Made by a program: the position numbers and the translations under genes. From a virus, in IMG/VR virus record IMGVR_UViG_3300013125_000003, positions 67,446 through 131,445 of that record: 64,000 nt of DNA. One strand, written 5' to 3'. Positions 9,249 through 18,497 of this stretch are shown here, in pieces; positions within the stretch are counted from its first letter, which is position 1; each line of letters begins with the position of its first letter. The notes beneath the pieces are model-generated. The model was given only the letters and a program-made list of their open reading frames with translations. It had not been told where the DNA came from and did no database searches.

Positions 9249-9850
9249 TACGCAAAATAAGAAACTAAGAGAAAAGCTCCGGCTAAAATCGTGACGTCTG
9301 GGTAATCGCCGTTGACGACTTGATGGAAACCTAATCTAACGATTTCGGATTCACCTCGGGTGAACGGGGATTTGGCTAGGGTAGTCGTAAATTCCAACTG
9401 CTCGTCTGGTCGTACGACTTTCGTAAGGTCGATAGCATAGCACTTAAACTTTGCGCTGATGGGTTCGCTGAACGTCATCGGGCCCAAGTAAAAAAGGTCA
9501 TCCTCAGTAATGCCGATCTCGTCGATGTTCAACCCTGCTTCTTCCAAAAGAGCTCGACCGACGGAATCGTAAGCGGTTGAATCTCTTTCTGAATCCAAAG
9601 TATCGACCAGCAAGGAAACGTCCGCTCGGTCAGTAGCATGGTTTTGAAACTTGACGCCGTAGATGTAAGAGATCTTGTCTTCCTCGTTTCTCTCGAACGG
9701 AATGATAGCTATGAAGTTGGATTTCGACACGAGTCTGTTATCCTTATCGGTGTTTCTGCTTAGAGAAACCAGGTCGAATTTTCCTCCTTCAAGCGGAGTG
9801 ATCGTTTTAACGATCTTTGCCGGTTCCAGAGGGTTTGAATTATTGGTCAT
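9248..9850 (-). CDS. Nudix-fold protein with a degenerate Nudix box
   Basis: DSVGRALLEEAGL resembles the REUxEExGU box, followed by LFYLG. Confidence 0.55.
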   Translation of the reverse strand: MTNNSNPLEPAKIVKTITPLEGGKFDLVSLSRNTDKDNRLVSKSNFIAIIPFERNEEDKISYIYGVKFQNHATDRADVSLLVDTLDSERDSTAYDSVGRALLEEAGLNIDEIGITEDDLFYLGPMTFSEPISAKFKCYAIDLTKVVRPDEQLEFTTTLAKSPFTRGESEIVRLGFHQVVNGDYPDVTILAGAFLLVSYFA

Positions 9851-10553
9851 CTTCCTTTTTCTTTTTGTCCTGGCCCATGAACGTGCGCACGGAAGCCTTG
9901 ATAGCGTCTAGCGTTATGCTGTTATTTATATGGGCGGACAGCTGGTCGAGGAACTGCTCCTTGTCCTGAGAATTAGTAAACATCATCTTTAGAAGGTTCT
10001 TTGCTGGAAGCTGGACAGATACCTTAAGGTTGACGTCAGTCTCTTCTACCGAGAACATTCCAAACAGGCCCTTAGTGTCGATTTGGATTTGTTGTCTCTG
10101 CTGCGCTGGCGGGTCAGGACTGCCGCTTACTCCTGTGGCAAAACCGACATCAGACGGTCCTGAAACTCCAAGGTTTTTCTGGCTAGGTTGAAGGGTAGAA
10201 AGAGATTGCAAGTCAGCCGGAAGGTCCTTTTTGACAGCATCCAAGTCTACTTCCGGTTCAACGTAAATTGATAGAACCTCGTCTCTGGTCAACGGCGGTT
10301 GGTCCTCGTGAAGCATCATAAGGTTATTTGTGAGAGCTTCTGACTCTATCCTTGACTGGTCTGACAGAACCGCCAAGTAAGTTTGGACGGGTCCGTTTAC
10401 CGTGTTTATGCGCCGGCCTGGTATGACGTCAATGACCGTCACAACCGTTCCTAGTTTCTGTCTCTCAGATGCTGGCGGTTTTATCCACTGGAATCTCTGT
10501 CCCTGGTAAGCATTTTTTATGGACATTAGTTCCTCTATGTCGAATCCTGCCAT
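9840..10553 (-). CDS. Hypothetical protein
   Basis: Start placed at ATG 10553 (MAGFDIEEL), after the polymerase stop. Confidence 0.75.
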   Translation of the reverse strand: MAGFDIEELMSIKNAYQGQRFQWIKPPASERQKLGTVVTVIDVIPGRRINTVNGPVQTYLAVLSDQSRIESEALTNNLMMLHEDQPPLTRDEVLSIYVEPEVDLDAVKKDLPADLQSLSTLQPSQKNLGVSGPSDVGFATGVSGSPDPPAQQRQQIQIDTKGLFGMFSVEETDVNLKVSVQLPAKNLLKMMFTNSQDKEQFLDQLSAHINNSITLDAIKASVRTFMGQDKKKKEDDQ

Positions 10554-10569
10554 GAAATTTCTGATTTTT

Positions 10570-11976
10570 TTAATTAAGCTTTTGTTTTTCCGCCTTTTCA
10601 CTTTCTAACTGAGCCTCCAACTTTTTCATCTTGTCCTTTGTGTCAACACGACCGCTGTACAACCTCGTAAGAATGGTTCGTGCAGCTGAGTCGAACTTGT
10701 TCGTAAATAAAGTGTCGTTCATAGTGAAGATGACATCGTTCGGCACGTCAGCGTCCCGGTTAGAAATTCGTCCCATGTAAGCATCCGGCGACATGTTGAA
10801 CTGAATGGTTAGGTTTGGGTACATGGAGTTGAAGTCTCGAAGGGTGATGTACTTGTAAAAACCTGGAACTGGCTTCATAACGTATGCGCCGTCGTATGTC
10901 GATTCCTCGTCGAGATCCTTCTTGTCGTTGGACATGTATCTACCTCTTCCTAAGAATTCCCTGCACATGAGAGTTTCGGTGATGAATACCGCGCTGAAAA
11001 CCTTTGAAACATCGACTCTAGCAAACTTTGAGATAGCAAAAGCTACCTCAAGAAGCTGCAGTTTATCGTCCATCAGCTTGACAAGGCACGTGTCGATGAT
11101 GTTGTACTTCACGAAGTTGAAAGTGTCTGACTGCGCTTCTAGCATCGAACCGTACTCGTGTTTCAACTTTCCGACACCAAGAACGAGCTCAGCAATGTAC
11201 TCCAATTTGTAGTTCTCGACAACTTTGTAAGGTTTGGTGTTCATGAAAACTTCCATGTAGTCGAGGAGTCCCAAGTGGATCGGCATCTTTGCTTTTCCTA
11301 TGAGCTTCTCGCACGGCATGTACTTCATCGGCTCGATCTTTAATCGATCGGCTCGGTTGATCAAGTAGATCCAGTCAAATCCGATCACGTTCCAACCTGT
11401 CAAGAACGGTATCTTCGGTAATAACTTGTGAAAGAACGTTCGCATCAGGTCCTCTTCCTTTTCGAAGTATAGGTACTTTAGCGTGAAATCGGTTTCTATG
11501 CCTGCATCCTTAAAGTATTGGTTAACTTCATCGACGAGTCTCTGCTGAGTCTCAACGTCAAAGTTTTCCATAGTGGAAAGAGTGTAAACTATGTTGTTCT
11601 CTCCGACGAACGTTATGAGGTTGACCTCCATGAGAGCTTTTGCTGGATCAGGAAAATCCTGAGAATCAAGCTTTACCTCGATGTCGAGAAAATACTTTCT
11701 TGGGCTGTAATCCGAATAGAGACGGGATAGTTCGTCCGGCGTGAGTCTCGACTGAGTGAGTTCTTCCAGCCTGAACCGGCTGAGCCACTTGCTAGGAGAT
11801 TTACGTAAAAAACGATTGTCCCAGTTCCTAAATTCGGTAGGGTTTGCGGTAACCGTCCAGTTGAACTGATCTACTGCTGGTATTGGTTTCTGTATAAACG
11901 CAACTTTGCCAGTCTCATCGTAGTAGGAGACGACTAGCATGGCTTCATCGACTTTAAATTCGGTGCTTACTATCAT
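10570..11976 (-). CDS. Family B DNA polymerase, N-terminal subunit only (exonuclease + motif A)
   Basis: ExoI FLDIE, ExoII GWNVIGFDW, ExoIII YNIID, YDGAYV and motif A DFNSMYP are present. The protein ends before motif B. Confidence 0.88.
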   Translation of the reverse strand: MIVSTEFKVDEAMLVVSYYDETGKVAFIQKPIPAVDQFNWTVTANPTEFRNWDNRFLRKSPSKWLSRFRLEELTQSRLTPDELSRLYSDYSPRKYFLDIEVKLDSQDFPDPAKALMEVNLITFVGENNIVYTLSTMENFDVETQQRLVDEVNQYFKDAGIETDFTLKYLYFEKEEDLMRTFFHKLLPKIPFLTGWNVIGFDWIYLINRADRLKIEPMKYMPCEKLIGKAKMPIHLGLLDYMEVFMNTKPYKVVENYKLEYIAELVLGVGKLKHEYGSMLEAQSDTFNFVKYNIIDTCLVKLMDDKLQLLEVAFAISKFARVDVSKVFSAVFITETLMCREFLGRGRYMSNDKKDLDEESTYDGAYVMKPVPGFYKYITLRDFNSMYPNLTIQFNMSPDAYMGRISNRDADVPNDVIFTMNDTLFTNKFDSAARTILTRLYSGRVDTKDKMKKLEAQLESEKAEKQKLN

Positions 11977-12262
11977 TTTCTTGATTTTCTTCTACGTAAT
12001 ACGGCGAACAGTTCAAGTAATCGAAAGCAAACAGCTTTCGTACGGATTCTTCAGAAAGTCCGCGTTCCTTCGAAAGAGCGGATATTGCCCAAGCGTACCA
12101 CTCATCGTGCTGCGCTTTTGTGACCGGGTAAAGTTTGAACCACTCTGGGCTCTGAAGAACTTCCTTTGGTTGTTCGGCAATAACTTGCTCAACCGTTTTC
12201 TTGTGGTACTTTTTGAGCCACCAGTTCAGCATGTCATCTCGAGTTAACCGTTTCTTTTTCAT
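11954..12262 (-). CDS. Hypothetical protein
   Basis: Start placed at ATG 12262 (MKKKRLTRDD), after the dUTPase stop. Confidence 0.7.
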   Translation of the reverse strand: MKKKRLTRDDMLNWWLKKYHKKTVEQVIAEQPKEVLQSPEWFKLYPVTKAQHDEWYAWAISALSKERGLSEESVRKLFAFDYLNCSPYYVEENQENDSKHRI

Positions 12263-12278
12263 TAACTTACCAAAATTT

Positions 12279-12758
12279 TTAACGTGTAGCTTCCATAGCT
12301 TCAGATTTAGTGTCGGTTGACCCAAAACCGCCGTCACCTCTTTCCGATTGAACCGGAAACACTTCTTCCAGCGTGTTGCACTCTTCCAGGTCAGCGTGAG
12401 CTACTGGAATTAAAAGAAATTGAACCAGTTTCATGCCTGGGGCAATTTCTACCGCTCCGTCAGCTTTTGTGTTGTAAACGTGAATGTGAATCTCACCCTG
12501 GTAATCGCTGTCCACCACACAAGCTCCGACTTGAAGTCTCTTCTTGGTAGCTATTCCGCTCTTGTTGTGCGTGATTAACGCGTAACCATCCGGTACTCTA
12601 GCTTTTATTCCGCTAGGGATGAGAATATCCTCTCCTGGGTTTAACCGTTGCTCAGGAAAAGCTTCTGGAACGAAAAAATCAATGCCAGCAGAACCCAGAG
12701 TTCCGTACGAAGGTGTTTTAACCTCCTTAGTCTTTATGAATCGCAGTTTAGGTTGCAT
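12279..12758 (-). CDS. dut: Trimeric dUTPase
   Basis: SAGIDF, KSG, VVDSDYQGEI, LVQF and RGDGGFGST motifs. Confidence 0.95.
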   Translation of the reverse strand: MQPKLRFIKTKEVKTPSYGTLGSAGIDFFVPEAFPEQRLNPGEDILIPSGIKARVPDGYALITHNKSGIATKKRLQVGACVVDSDYQGEIHIHVYNTKADGAVEIAPGMKLVQFLLIPVAHADLEECNTLEEVFPVQSERGDGGFGSTDTKSEAMEATR

Positions 12759-12779
12759 AATTAGTCATTTTTATGTCAT

Positions 12780-12806
12780 CTTTTATTGAGAACAGCGAAA
12801 CGGTTT
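12780..12806 (-). promoter_or_regulatory. AAAC-N17 class promoter (dut-pol operon)
   Basis: Minus strand AAAC-cgtttcgctgttctcaa-TAAAAG. Confidence 0.6.
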
Positions 12807-12827
12807 AGGTTTGGTAGGTAAGAATCT

Positions 12828-12896
12828 GATAAATAACTTCAGTTGTGACCTGTCATTTTCCCAGAAAGTCGATTTTGGGAACAGGGTGATAAATAA
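12828..12896 (+). promoter_or_regulatory. Tandem T4-late-like promoters with an intervening hairpin
   Basis: GATAAATAA at 12828 and 12888, exactly 60 nt apart, upstream of the sheath ATG. A CCTGT..TTCCCAGAA/TTTTGGGAACAGG hairpin lies between them. Confidence 0.7.
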
Positions 12897-12924
12897 ATAA
12901 CCTAAAAAATAACGATAGCACACG

Positions 12925-15900
12925 ATGGCAGAAAAATTAAATCTGAACAGGTTCAAGTCAAGTGGCGTATACACAGTAGAGATAGATGAGAGCCAGAACT
13001 TAGCTCTCCCGATCTCGACCGGGCGGCTTGTTATCGGTTCTAGCAAAAAGGGCCCTATCAACTCAGTTGTGTTGGTAGACAGCACTCGAACCAGCCAGAT
13101 CGTATACGGGGAGCTTGACACCAAGCTAGAGAAAAACGGCAGCTACTTCCACAGGACGATTGATGTTGCTCTAAGGCAAGGACCTGTTTACGCTTTAAAC
13201 GTCCTTCCTGTCTCCGCAACCGACGAAGCTTACTTCGCTACTTTCAACTCTGAATCAGCTTCCAACAACGCGGTTTGGGACAATACCAACTACAAGAGCA
13301 GCATGTCCAATTTCTACAACACACAGAAACTGTGGTTTGCAGACGTTGACATGGTTAACAAGTGGAAAAACATTGAGCTGGGAGATGACTACATTCTCAA
13401 CCCAGCGCAGCACGGAGCAGCCGATCGCGATGCAAACAAGATCCTAACGGTAGTAAATCTTTCAAGGAAAGATGTTACCGCTTGGGTAAGAATAGCAGAC
13501 GTTACTGGATACGACATAACCGTCAAGGAATACTACGCCCTCCTTGGTGACAAAGTTCAGATCCCAGAATTCTTGAACCCGGACGACATCGTTCAGGACT
13601 ACTTCGTCGAAGTCATCGTCGTTGAAGGAGACTGGACCGATTACTTGAAGCTATCGAGCGACCCGGTTTACAGCCAATACTTCACCGCATCAGGTATCAT
13701 CAGTTCAAAGATCAACGATTTTACCGCACTGAAAGAAGTTACTCTGTACGCTAAGACTGTTGGATGCATCATCCCAGAGTTCAGGGACCTCACAGGAACC
13801 ATCGTAGCTATAGACACAGTGTTCAATCGTAAGTTTCCGGAAACCGGAGTATTCGTAGCACTCGACTACAAGAAAGTCGACATGATCGACCTAACGAACG
13901 CTACTTTTGACAGCGGTTCAGATACAGAACCTATGGCAGAACAAAGAATCGATCTAATCGGTCACGGTGTTGATGAACTCAGCATCGCTAACGGAACTCA
14001 CGCAGCTTACGTGGTTGACGACGGTATAACCGCAGTTGACCCAGTAGCTATGATCGACACGCTCAGCTACAGAAAACCTATTGACTGCGCATTCTACTTC
14101 AAACTCACGACCTACGTACCGACTTACATCGACGGCCAGATCTACATAAATGCTGAAACTCCTACCGAGATAATCGCAACGGAAGCAAGCAAACTCTACA
14201 AAGCATGGATGAAGGGTATCGTAAAGAACGGTGATTACCTGAAATACGGAACTCCTACTCCAACTACTCTGTACATAGCATCTGACGGTTTCATCAAAAC
14301 TCAGGGCGCTGTTAAGTACATCACTTTCCAAGCATTCACTGACGTTACTAGGACAAACCAGGTAGACGCAGAATCGATAACTGACGCTGGCCGCGATTAC
14401 CTATGGATAGTCAACCAGACTTCAGATTTCTACAGGATGGACTTTGACATGACCGACACTGATTACTTCATCTCCTACCAGTACTTCGCACCGAACAGGC
14501 TGGTCTTCGAGATCGATCCTACTCTGTACGGAAATCCTAGCAGAAACGAAACTTCAAACGCAGCCGTTGGCTTCCCGTACGATGCAACGAAGAGAGCAAA
14601 CATCGACAACTTCTTTAAGGTCGGTCGTTACCTCCAAGCAAACATCGTAGCAGGAACCGAACGTGGTCGTATGCTTCGCATCAACTCTGTATCAGCACAG
14701 AAAGTTACCAAGAGTCCATACGGTCCTTCTGGAGTAACTGTAACTGTTCTGAAGTACACAGTAACCACATCAGCACCGGCTGACGTTAACAACCTTGGTA
14801 TCAAGCTCACCGGAACTACGGTTCGTGCTTACAAGGGAATAAAGAATTACATCACAAGCTTAGTAGGACAGAAAGTTCCGGCTATGAACCTCAACGACCT
14901 CAACTTGTACCCTAACGGTACAGCTGATCGTCAGAACGACATACTGGACTTCCTATTCGACGGAAGCAACTTAGCATCGACCCTAGCTGACAACGAAACC
15001 CTGGACTTCAGGTACCTCATCGACTCGTTCGAAGGACAGATCTACCCAGGATCGAAACAGCAACTAGCTCAGCTAGCAGCTGATCACGGAAAGCTCTTCG
15101 TAATCGCAAACTCTCCGTCCTTCGCACAGTACGAAAGGTCAGTCAACCCAAGCTTCATCGATTTAACGACTCGCTTGGTATCGACCGAGTACATTTCAAC
15201 TGGAGGCGACCTGAGCTCTAACCCGGATTACTTGTTCACCTTTGCAACTGGTGAAAAGAACGGAATCCCACTATCTTCCTACGCAGCTTACTTCATGCCG
15301 AACATCGTTATTTTCGAAAACGGAAAGAACAAATCGATCCCTCCGGCAATGTACGTGGCAAACGCGTTCATGAAGAAGTACAACAGCGGAAACACCTTCT
15401 CTATCGTAGCTGGTAAGAGAGGCATCCTGACCGATCCTGAAATAACAGGACTCGAATACGATCTCACAAACAGCGATAGAGATTATTTGGAACCAGCAGG
15501 TTTCAACCTGATCGTTCGTCGTAGGGGATTCGGAGTCATGGTGTTCTCAAACAACACTGGTTACCAAAGAGTAAAATCGGCTCTGAACAACATTCACGTA
15601 AGGGAAGCTCTCATCACAATCGAAAGAGACGTTGAACGCATCCTCCTGAACTTCCTGTTCGATTGGAACGATGTTACGACGAGAATGAGAGTAAAGACCA
15701 TGATCAAGAATTACTTGGCAGCTGTACAAGACGCTCGCGGAATTTCCTGGTTCGACGTTATCTTCGACGATAGCAACAACACGACAGAAGTTCTCGAGAA
15801 CAATGCAGGAGTTGTCGACATCTTGGTTGACTTCCCAAGAGGAATCCACAAGTTCATCAACCGTATCACTATCACACGGGTTGGAGGACAGCTTTCATCA

Positions 15901-15930
15901 CAGTCAACAGGTTTTACCCCATCCTTCTAA
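12925..15930 (+). CDS. Contractile tail sheath protein (gp18-like)
   Basis: N-terminal SSGVYTVEIDES and GSSKKGPIN; C-terminal IVAGKRG, SALNNIHVRE, FLFDWND and DDSNNT sheath motifs. Confidence 0.92.
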   Translation: MAEKLNLNRFKSSGVYTVEIDESQNLALPISTGRLVIGSSKKGPINSVVLVDSTRTSQIVYGELDTKLEKNGSYFHRTIDVALRQGPVYALNVLPVSATDEAYFATFNSESASNNAVWDNTNYKSSMSNFYNTQKLWFADVDMVNKWKNIELGDDYILNPAQHGAADRDANKILTVVNLSRKDVTAWVRIADVTGYDITVKEYYALLGDKVQIPEFLNPDDIVQDYFVEVIVVEGDWTDYLKLSSDPVYSQYFTASGIISSKINDFTALKEVTLYAKTVGCIIPEFRDLTGTIVAIDTVFNRKFPETGVFVALDYKKVDMIDLTNATFDSGSDTEPMAEQRIDLIGHGVDELSIANGTHAAYVVDDGITAVDPVAMIDTLSYRKPIDCAFYFKLTTYVPTYIDGQIYINAETPTEIIATEASKLYKAWMKGIVKNGDYLKYGTPTPTTLYIASDGFIKTQGAVKYITFQAFTDVTRTNQVDAESITDAGRDYLWIVNQTSDFYRMDFDMTDTDYFISYQYFAPNRLVFEIDPTLYGNPSRNETSNAAVGFPYDATKRANIDNFFKVGRYLQANIVAGTERGRMLRINSVSAQKVTKSPYGPSGVTVTVLKYTVTTSAPADVNNLGIKLTGTTVRAYKGIKNYITSLVGQKVPAMNLNDLNLYPNGTADRQNDILDFLFDGSNLASTLADNETLDFRYLIDSFEGQIYPGSKQQLAQLAADHGKLFVIANSPSFAQYERSVNPSFIDLTTRLVSTEYISTGGDLSSNPDYLFTFATGEKNGIPLSSYAAYFMPNIVIFENGKNKSIPPAMYVANAFMKKYNSGNTFSIVAGKRGILTDPEITGLEYDLTNSDRDYLEPAGFNLIVRRRGFGVMVFSNNTGYQRVKSALNNIHVREALITIERDVERILLNFLFDWNDVTTRMRVKTMIKNYLAAVQDARGISWFDVIFDDSNNTTEVLENNAGVVDILVDFPRGIHKFINRITITRVGGQLSSQSTGFTPSF

Positions 15931-15955
15931 CCCGACATTTGGTTTTGTTGAAAAG

Positions 15956-15982
15956 AAAAAGGAGCTCGCTGAGCTCCTTTTT
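15956..15982. terminator. Bidirectional intrinsic terminator
   Basis: AAAAAGGAGCTC-gct-GAGCTCCTTTTT between convergent genes. Confidence 0.9.
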
Positions 15983-16035
15983 CGTTTTAGGCTGACCGAT
16001 TTGGTCAACTCCACCACTCGGTTTAAGTCCGAGAA

Positions 16036-16707
16036 CTATGCGCCTTGATCGGCTGTTTCTTCTTCCTGTGGGGTTTCGTCCGCTTCTGTGTCAGGTTCTT
16101 CTTCAAACCCTCCCTGAAGCTTTGAAATGATTTCTTCCAATAACCTAATAGTATCTGTCGAATCATCGTGAAGTATGCCGGTTCCGCCAGCAGCGGTCCA
16201 TTTTTCGATGTTACTCTTCTTGTCGTCTATGAGTATGTCGTTCGCCGTCTTGACAAAGAGTTCCTTCTTGTTCGAAAAGATGATCCTCTTTTCTGGTTCA
16301 GCTTCCAGTTCCTCTGGCGTTTCAATACCCTTTTTCTGGTTTATGCCCAAGTTCAATTTAAGCCACATCAGCTTACCTTCCTTAGAGTACTCGCTTCGGC
16401 TCGGAGCAGACAGAATGTAGGGGCTGTACCTTTCTAAGTAATCCCAAAGTTCGCGACCGTCTCCGGTCCAAGGTAATCTCTTCCAGAACTTTTCCTTCCG
16501 TTTGTCTACGATCTGCCATATAGAATGACGACCGTGCTTCTTTTCGTACTCGTCTGGCGTGTGATGGTGCAGGTTCAGCTTCATTCTCTTAAAACCACGA
16601 TCGAAGTCCGTTAGAACTCCGTCCATGTCGCAAAATATCCTAACCGGTGAAGATTGGGATTTTTGCTCGGCTATGAATTGCGTGAACCTTAAAACTTTGT
16701 TATGCAT
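16036..16707 (-). CDS. HAD-family 5'(3')-deoxyribonucleotidase-like phosphatase
   Basis: FCDMDGVLTDF, ILSAP, GKLMWL and ILIDD motifs. Confidence 0.88.
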   Translation of the reverse strand: MHNKVLRFTQFIAEQKSQSSPVRIFCDMDGVLTDFDRGFKRMKLNLHHHTPDEYEKKHGRHSIWQIVDKRKEKFWKRLPWTGDGRELWDYLERYSPYILSAPSRSEYSKEGKLMWLKLNLGINQKKGIETPEELEAEPEKRIIFSNKKELFVKTANDILIDDKKSNIEKWTAAGGTGILHDDSTDTIRLLEEIISKLQGGFEEEPDTEADETPQEEETADQGA

Positions 16708-17023
16708 AATCTTTGAGTTCGAACGATTTGTTTATAGACTTATCTATAATGCCAACCAAATCGTTTGCCATGACCAGGTGATAGATCTGGCCGTCGACTT
16801 CAACGTCAAAACCAGCGTACCTCAAGTAAAGAACGTGGTCTCCGGGTTTTATCGGACAGTTCTTTTGGGAAACGAGGTGGCCCACTTCGACCACTATCCC
16901 AGTGTTGGGTCTCTTTCTTGATTCTACTGGCAGGATGATGCCGGTCTCGGTTCTTTTTTCAACCTCATCAGGTTTTATCATCACTCTTTCGAATAGAGGG
17001 GTAAATCCAACTGCGTTTTCCAT
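16700..17023 (-). CDS. groES: Co-chaperonin GroES
   Basis: PLFERVMI, TETGIILP mobile loop, GIVVEVG, IKPGDHVL, YAG. Confidence 0.93.
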   Translation of the reverse strand: MENAVGFTPLFERVMIKPDEVEKRTETGIILPVESRKRPNTGIVVEVGHLVSQKNCPIKPGDHVLYLRYAGFDVEVDGQIYHLVMANDLVGIIDKSINKSFELKDYA

Positions 17024-18132
17024 TAGGTCTTGTAATTTTTTTTGAACCTAAAGTAGTTGAAGCGTTTTCTGTTGTCCAGGTTAACCGAACGTTTCATCGC
17101 TTCCACCAATTCCTTAGGCATGACCGCTGTGCTCAATCGTATAAGCTTGCGGTTTCGGTTCAGGTTGTTCAGGATCGTCTGAGATTCACCAGGATCACTT
17201 ATCTTCAGAGTGTCACATATTACCTTATGCAAGAAATCCATGAAAGCTGGGTCACCTGAATCAACTAAGTTTTTTACGTCGTTCCACTCAACGGTTTCCT
17301 TGATCTTGTCCATAGCTTTAACGACTTTGGAAGGAGTAAACTTTTCGTGAACTCTAGGAATGTTATCAGAACTATCGCCAGCTAGAATCTTCATTAGAAT
17401 ATCAGCTGATGGGTTGATTCGGTGGTGCTGGTAATCTTTAGTGATCAAGTCTGTCAGGACGTTCACAACTGCCGAATTATCAACGCTTTCCAGGTCGAAA
17501 TTGAACAAATCAACGTCCTTTCTTTCGATCGGTTCAAACGTTTCCGTTGTGTAAATTTTCTTGAACTTGGTCATCATCTTAGGCATCAGGAGAATGACTT
17601 TTCTCTTTTCACTTTCGAGTAATTGAGTAAGGTCCTTATCAACTGACCACAAGCAGATGTCTTCGTTGACGTTTTCACAGATGTACGCGATCAGATCATC
17701 TCCCTCTGCTCCAGGAACTCGGCTGGTGATTACACCGTACTCTTCAACTAGTAATGGTAAGAGCTCGTCCTGAAAGTAATCGAAGAATAAGTATGACTTA
17801 TCGTCGTACTTGCGAGTGCCCTTGTAAGCAAAGTCTCCCTCGCCGTGTTCCTCAACGTGATCCTTTATGAACTGTTTTCTCCAACTCTTAGAGTCGAAAA
17901 CTATGAATACTGACGTGATGTTTTCCTTGAACGGAGCAAAGATGCTTCCTAGGTAATTCAGTGAGAATTTTTTGAACTGATCTTTGCTTGCCTGCTTTAG
18001 CATGAACTTATCGTCCGATAGTAAATCGTTGACGTAATACCGCTCTCCGATCGAACGGTCGTTTGCGAGAATATTCTTGACAATGCTGGTAGCTACGTTT
18101 AGAAATGCATTACCGTCGATTACTATGTTCAT
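17023..18132 (-). CDS. 5'-3' exonuclease / T4 RNase H-like (FEN family)
   Basis: IDGN, SWRK, YKGTR, EGDDLI, SVDKDL and GDSSDNIP motifs. Confidence 0.92.
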   Translation of the reverse strand: MNIVIDGNAFLNVATSIVKNILANDRSIGERYYVNDLLSDDKFMLKQASKDQFKKFSLNYLGSIFAPFKENITSVFIVFDSKSWRKQFIKDHVEEHGEGDFAYKGTRKYDDKSYLFFDYFQDELLPLLVEEYGVITSRVPGAEGDDLIAYICENVNEDICLWSVDKDLTQLLESEKRKVILLMPKMMTKFKKIYTTETFEPIERKDVDLFNFDLESVDNSAVVNVLTDLITKDYQHHRINPSADILMKILAGDSSDNIPRVHEKFTPSKVVKAMDKIKETVEWNDVKNLVDSGDPAFMDFLHKVICDTLKISDPGESQTILNNLNRNRKLIRLSTAVMPKELVEAMKRSVNLDNRKRFNYFRFKKNYKT

Positions 18133-18476
18133 GGTTGTTTTTCTTCAGGTGGTGACTGCTGTGATTCTTCTTTATTCTGAGCGGCTTGCATCGCTTCTTG
18201 AGTGTGAACCTTCAAGCGTTTTATAGCTCGCGATATTAGTTCTGACTCTTCTAAATTGTACGCACCTTTAGCTTGAGCGTACCGAGCAGCAGCTATCAAA
18301 ACGATGAGGACTTGCTGGGAAGTCATCGTTGTTAGGAATAGTTCCCAATCCTCTTCGTTATCGTAACTAATAGACCCAAGCAATCTAGCGATTGGCTTGG
18401 TCTGATCAATTTTCTCAGCTGAAACAGCTGCCTCCTTGTTAGGGGAGGCAGCGTCAGCGGTAGGATTTTCTACCAT
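18129..18476 (-). CDS. Hypothetical protein
   Basis: 115-aa ORF with an ATGA overlap with the next gene. Confidence 0.75.
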   Translation of the reverse strand: MVENPTADAASPNKEAAVSAEKIDQTKPIARLLGSISYDNEEDWELFLTTMTSQQVLIVLIAAARYAQAKGAYNLEESELISRAIKRLKVHTQEAMQAAQNKEESQQSPPEEKQP

Positions 18477-18497
18477 GGTAGGTCTGTGGTTTAATTT

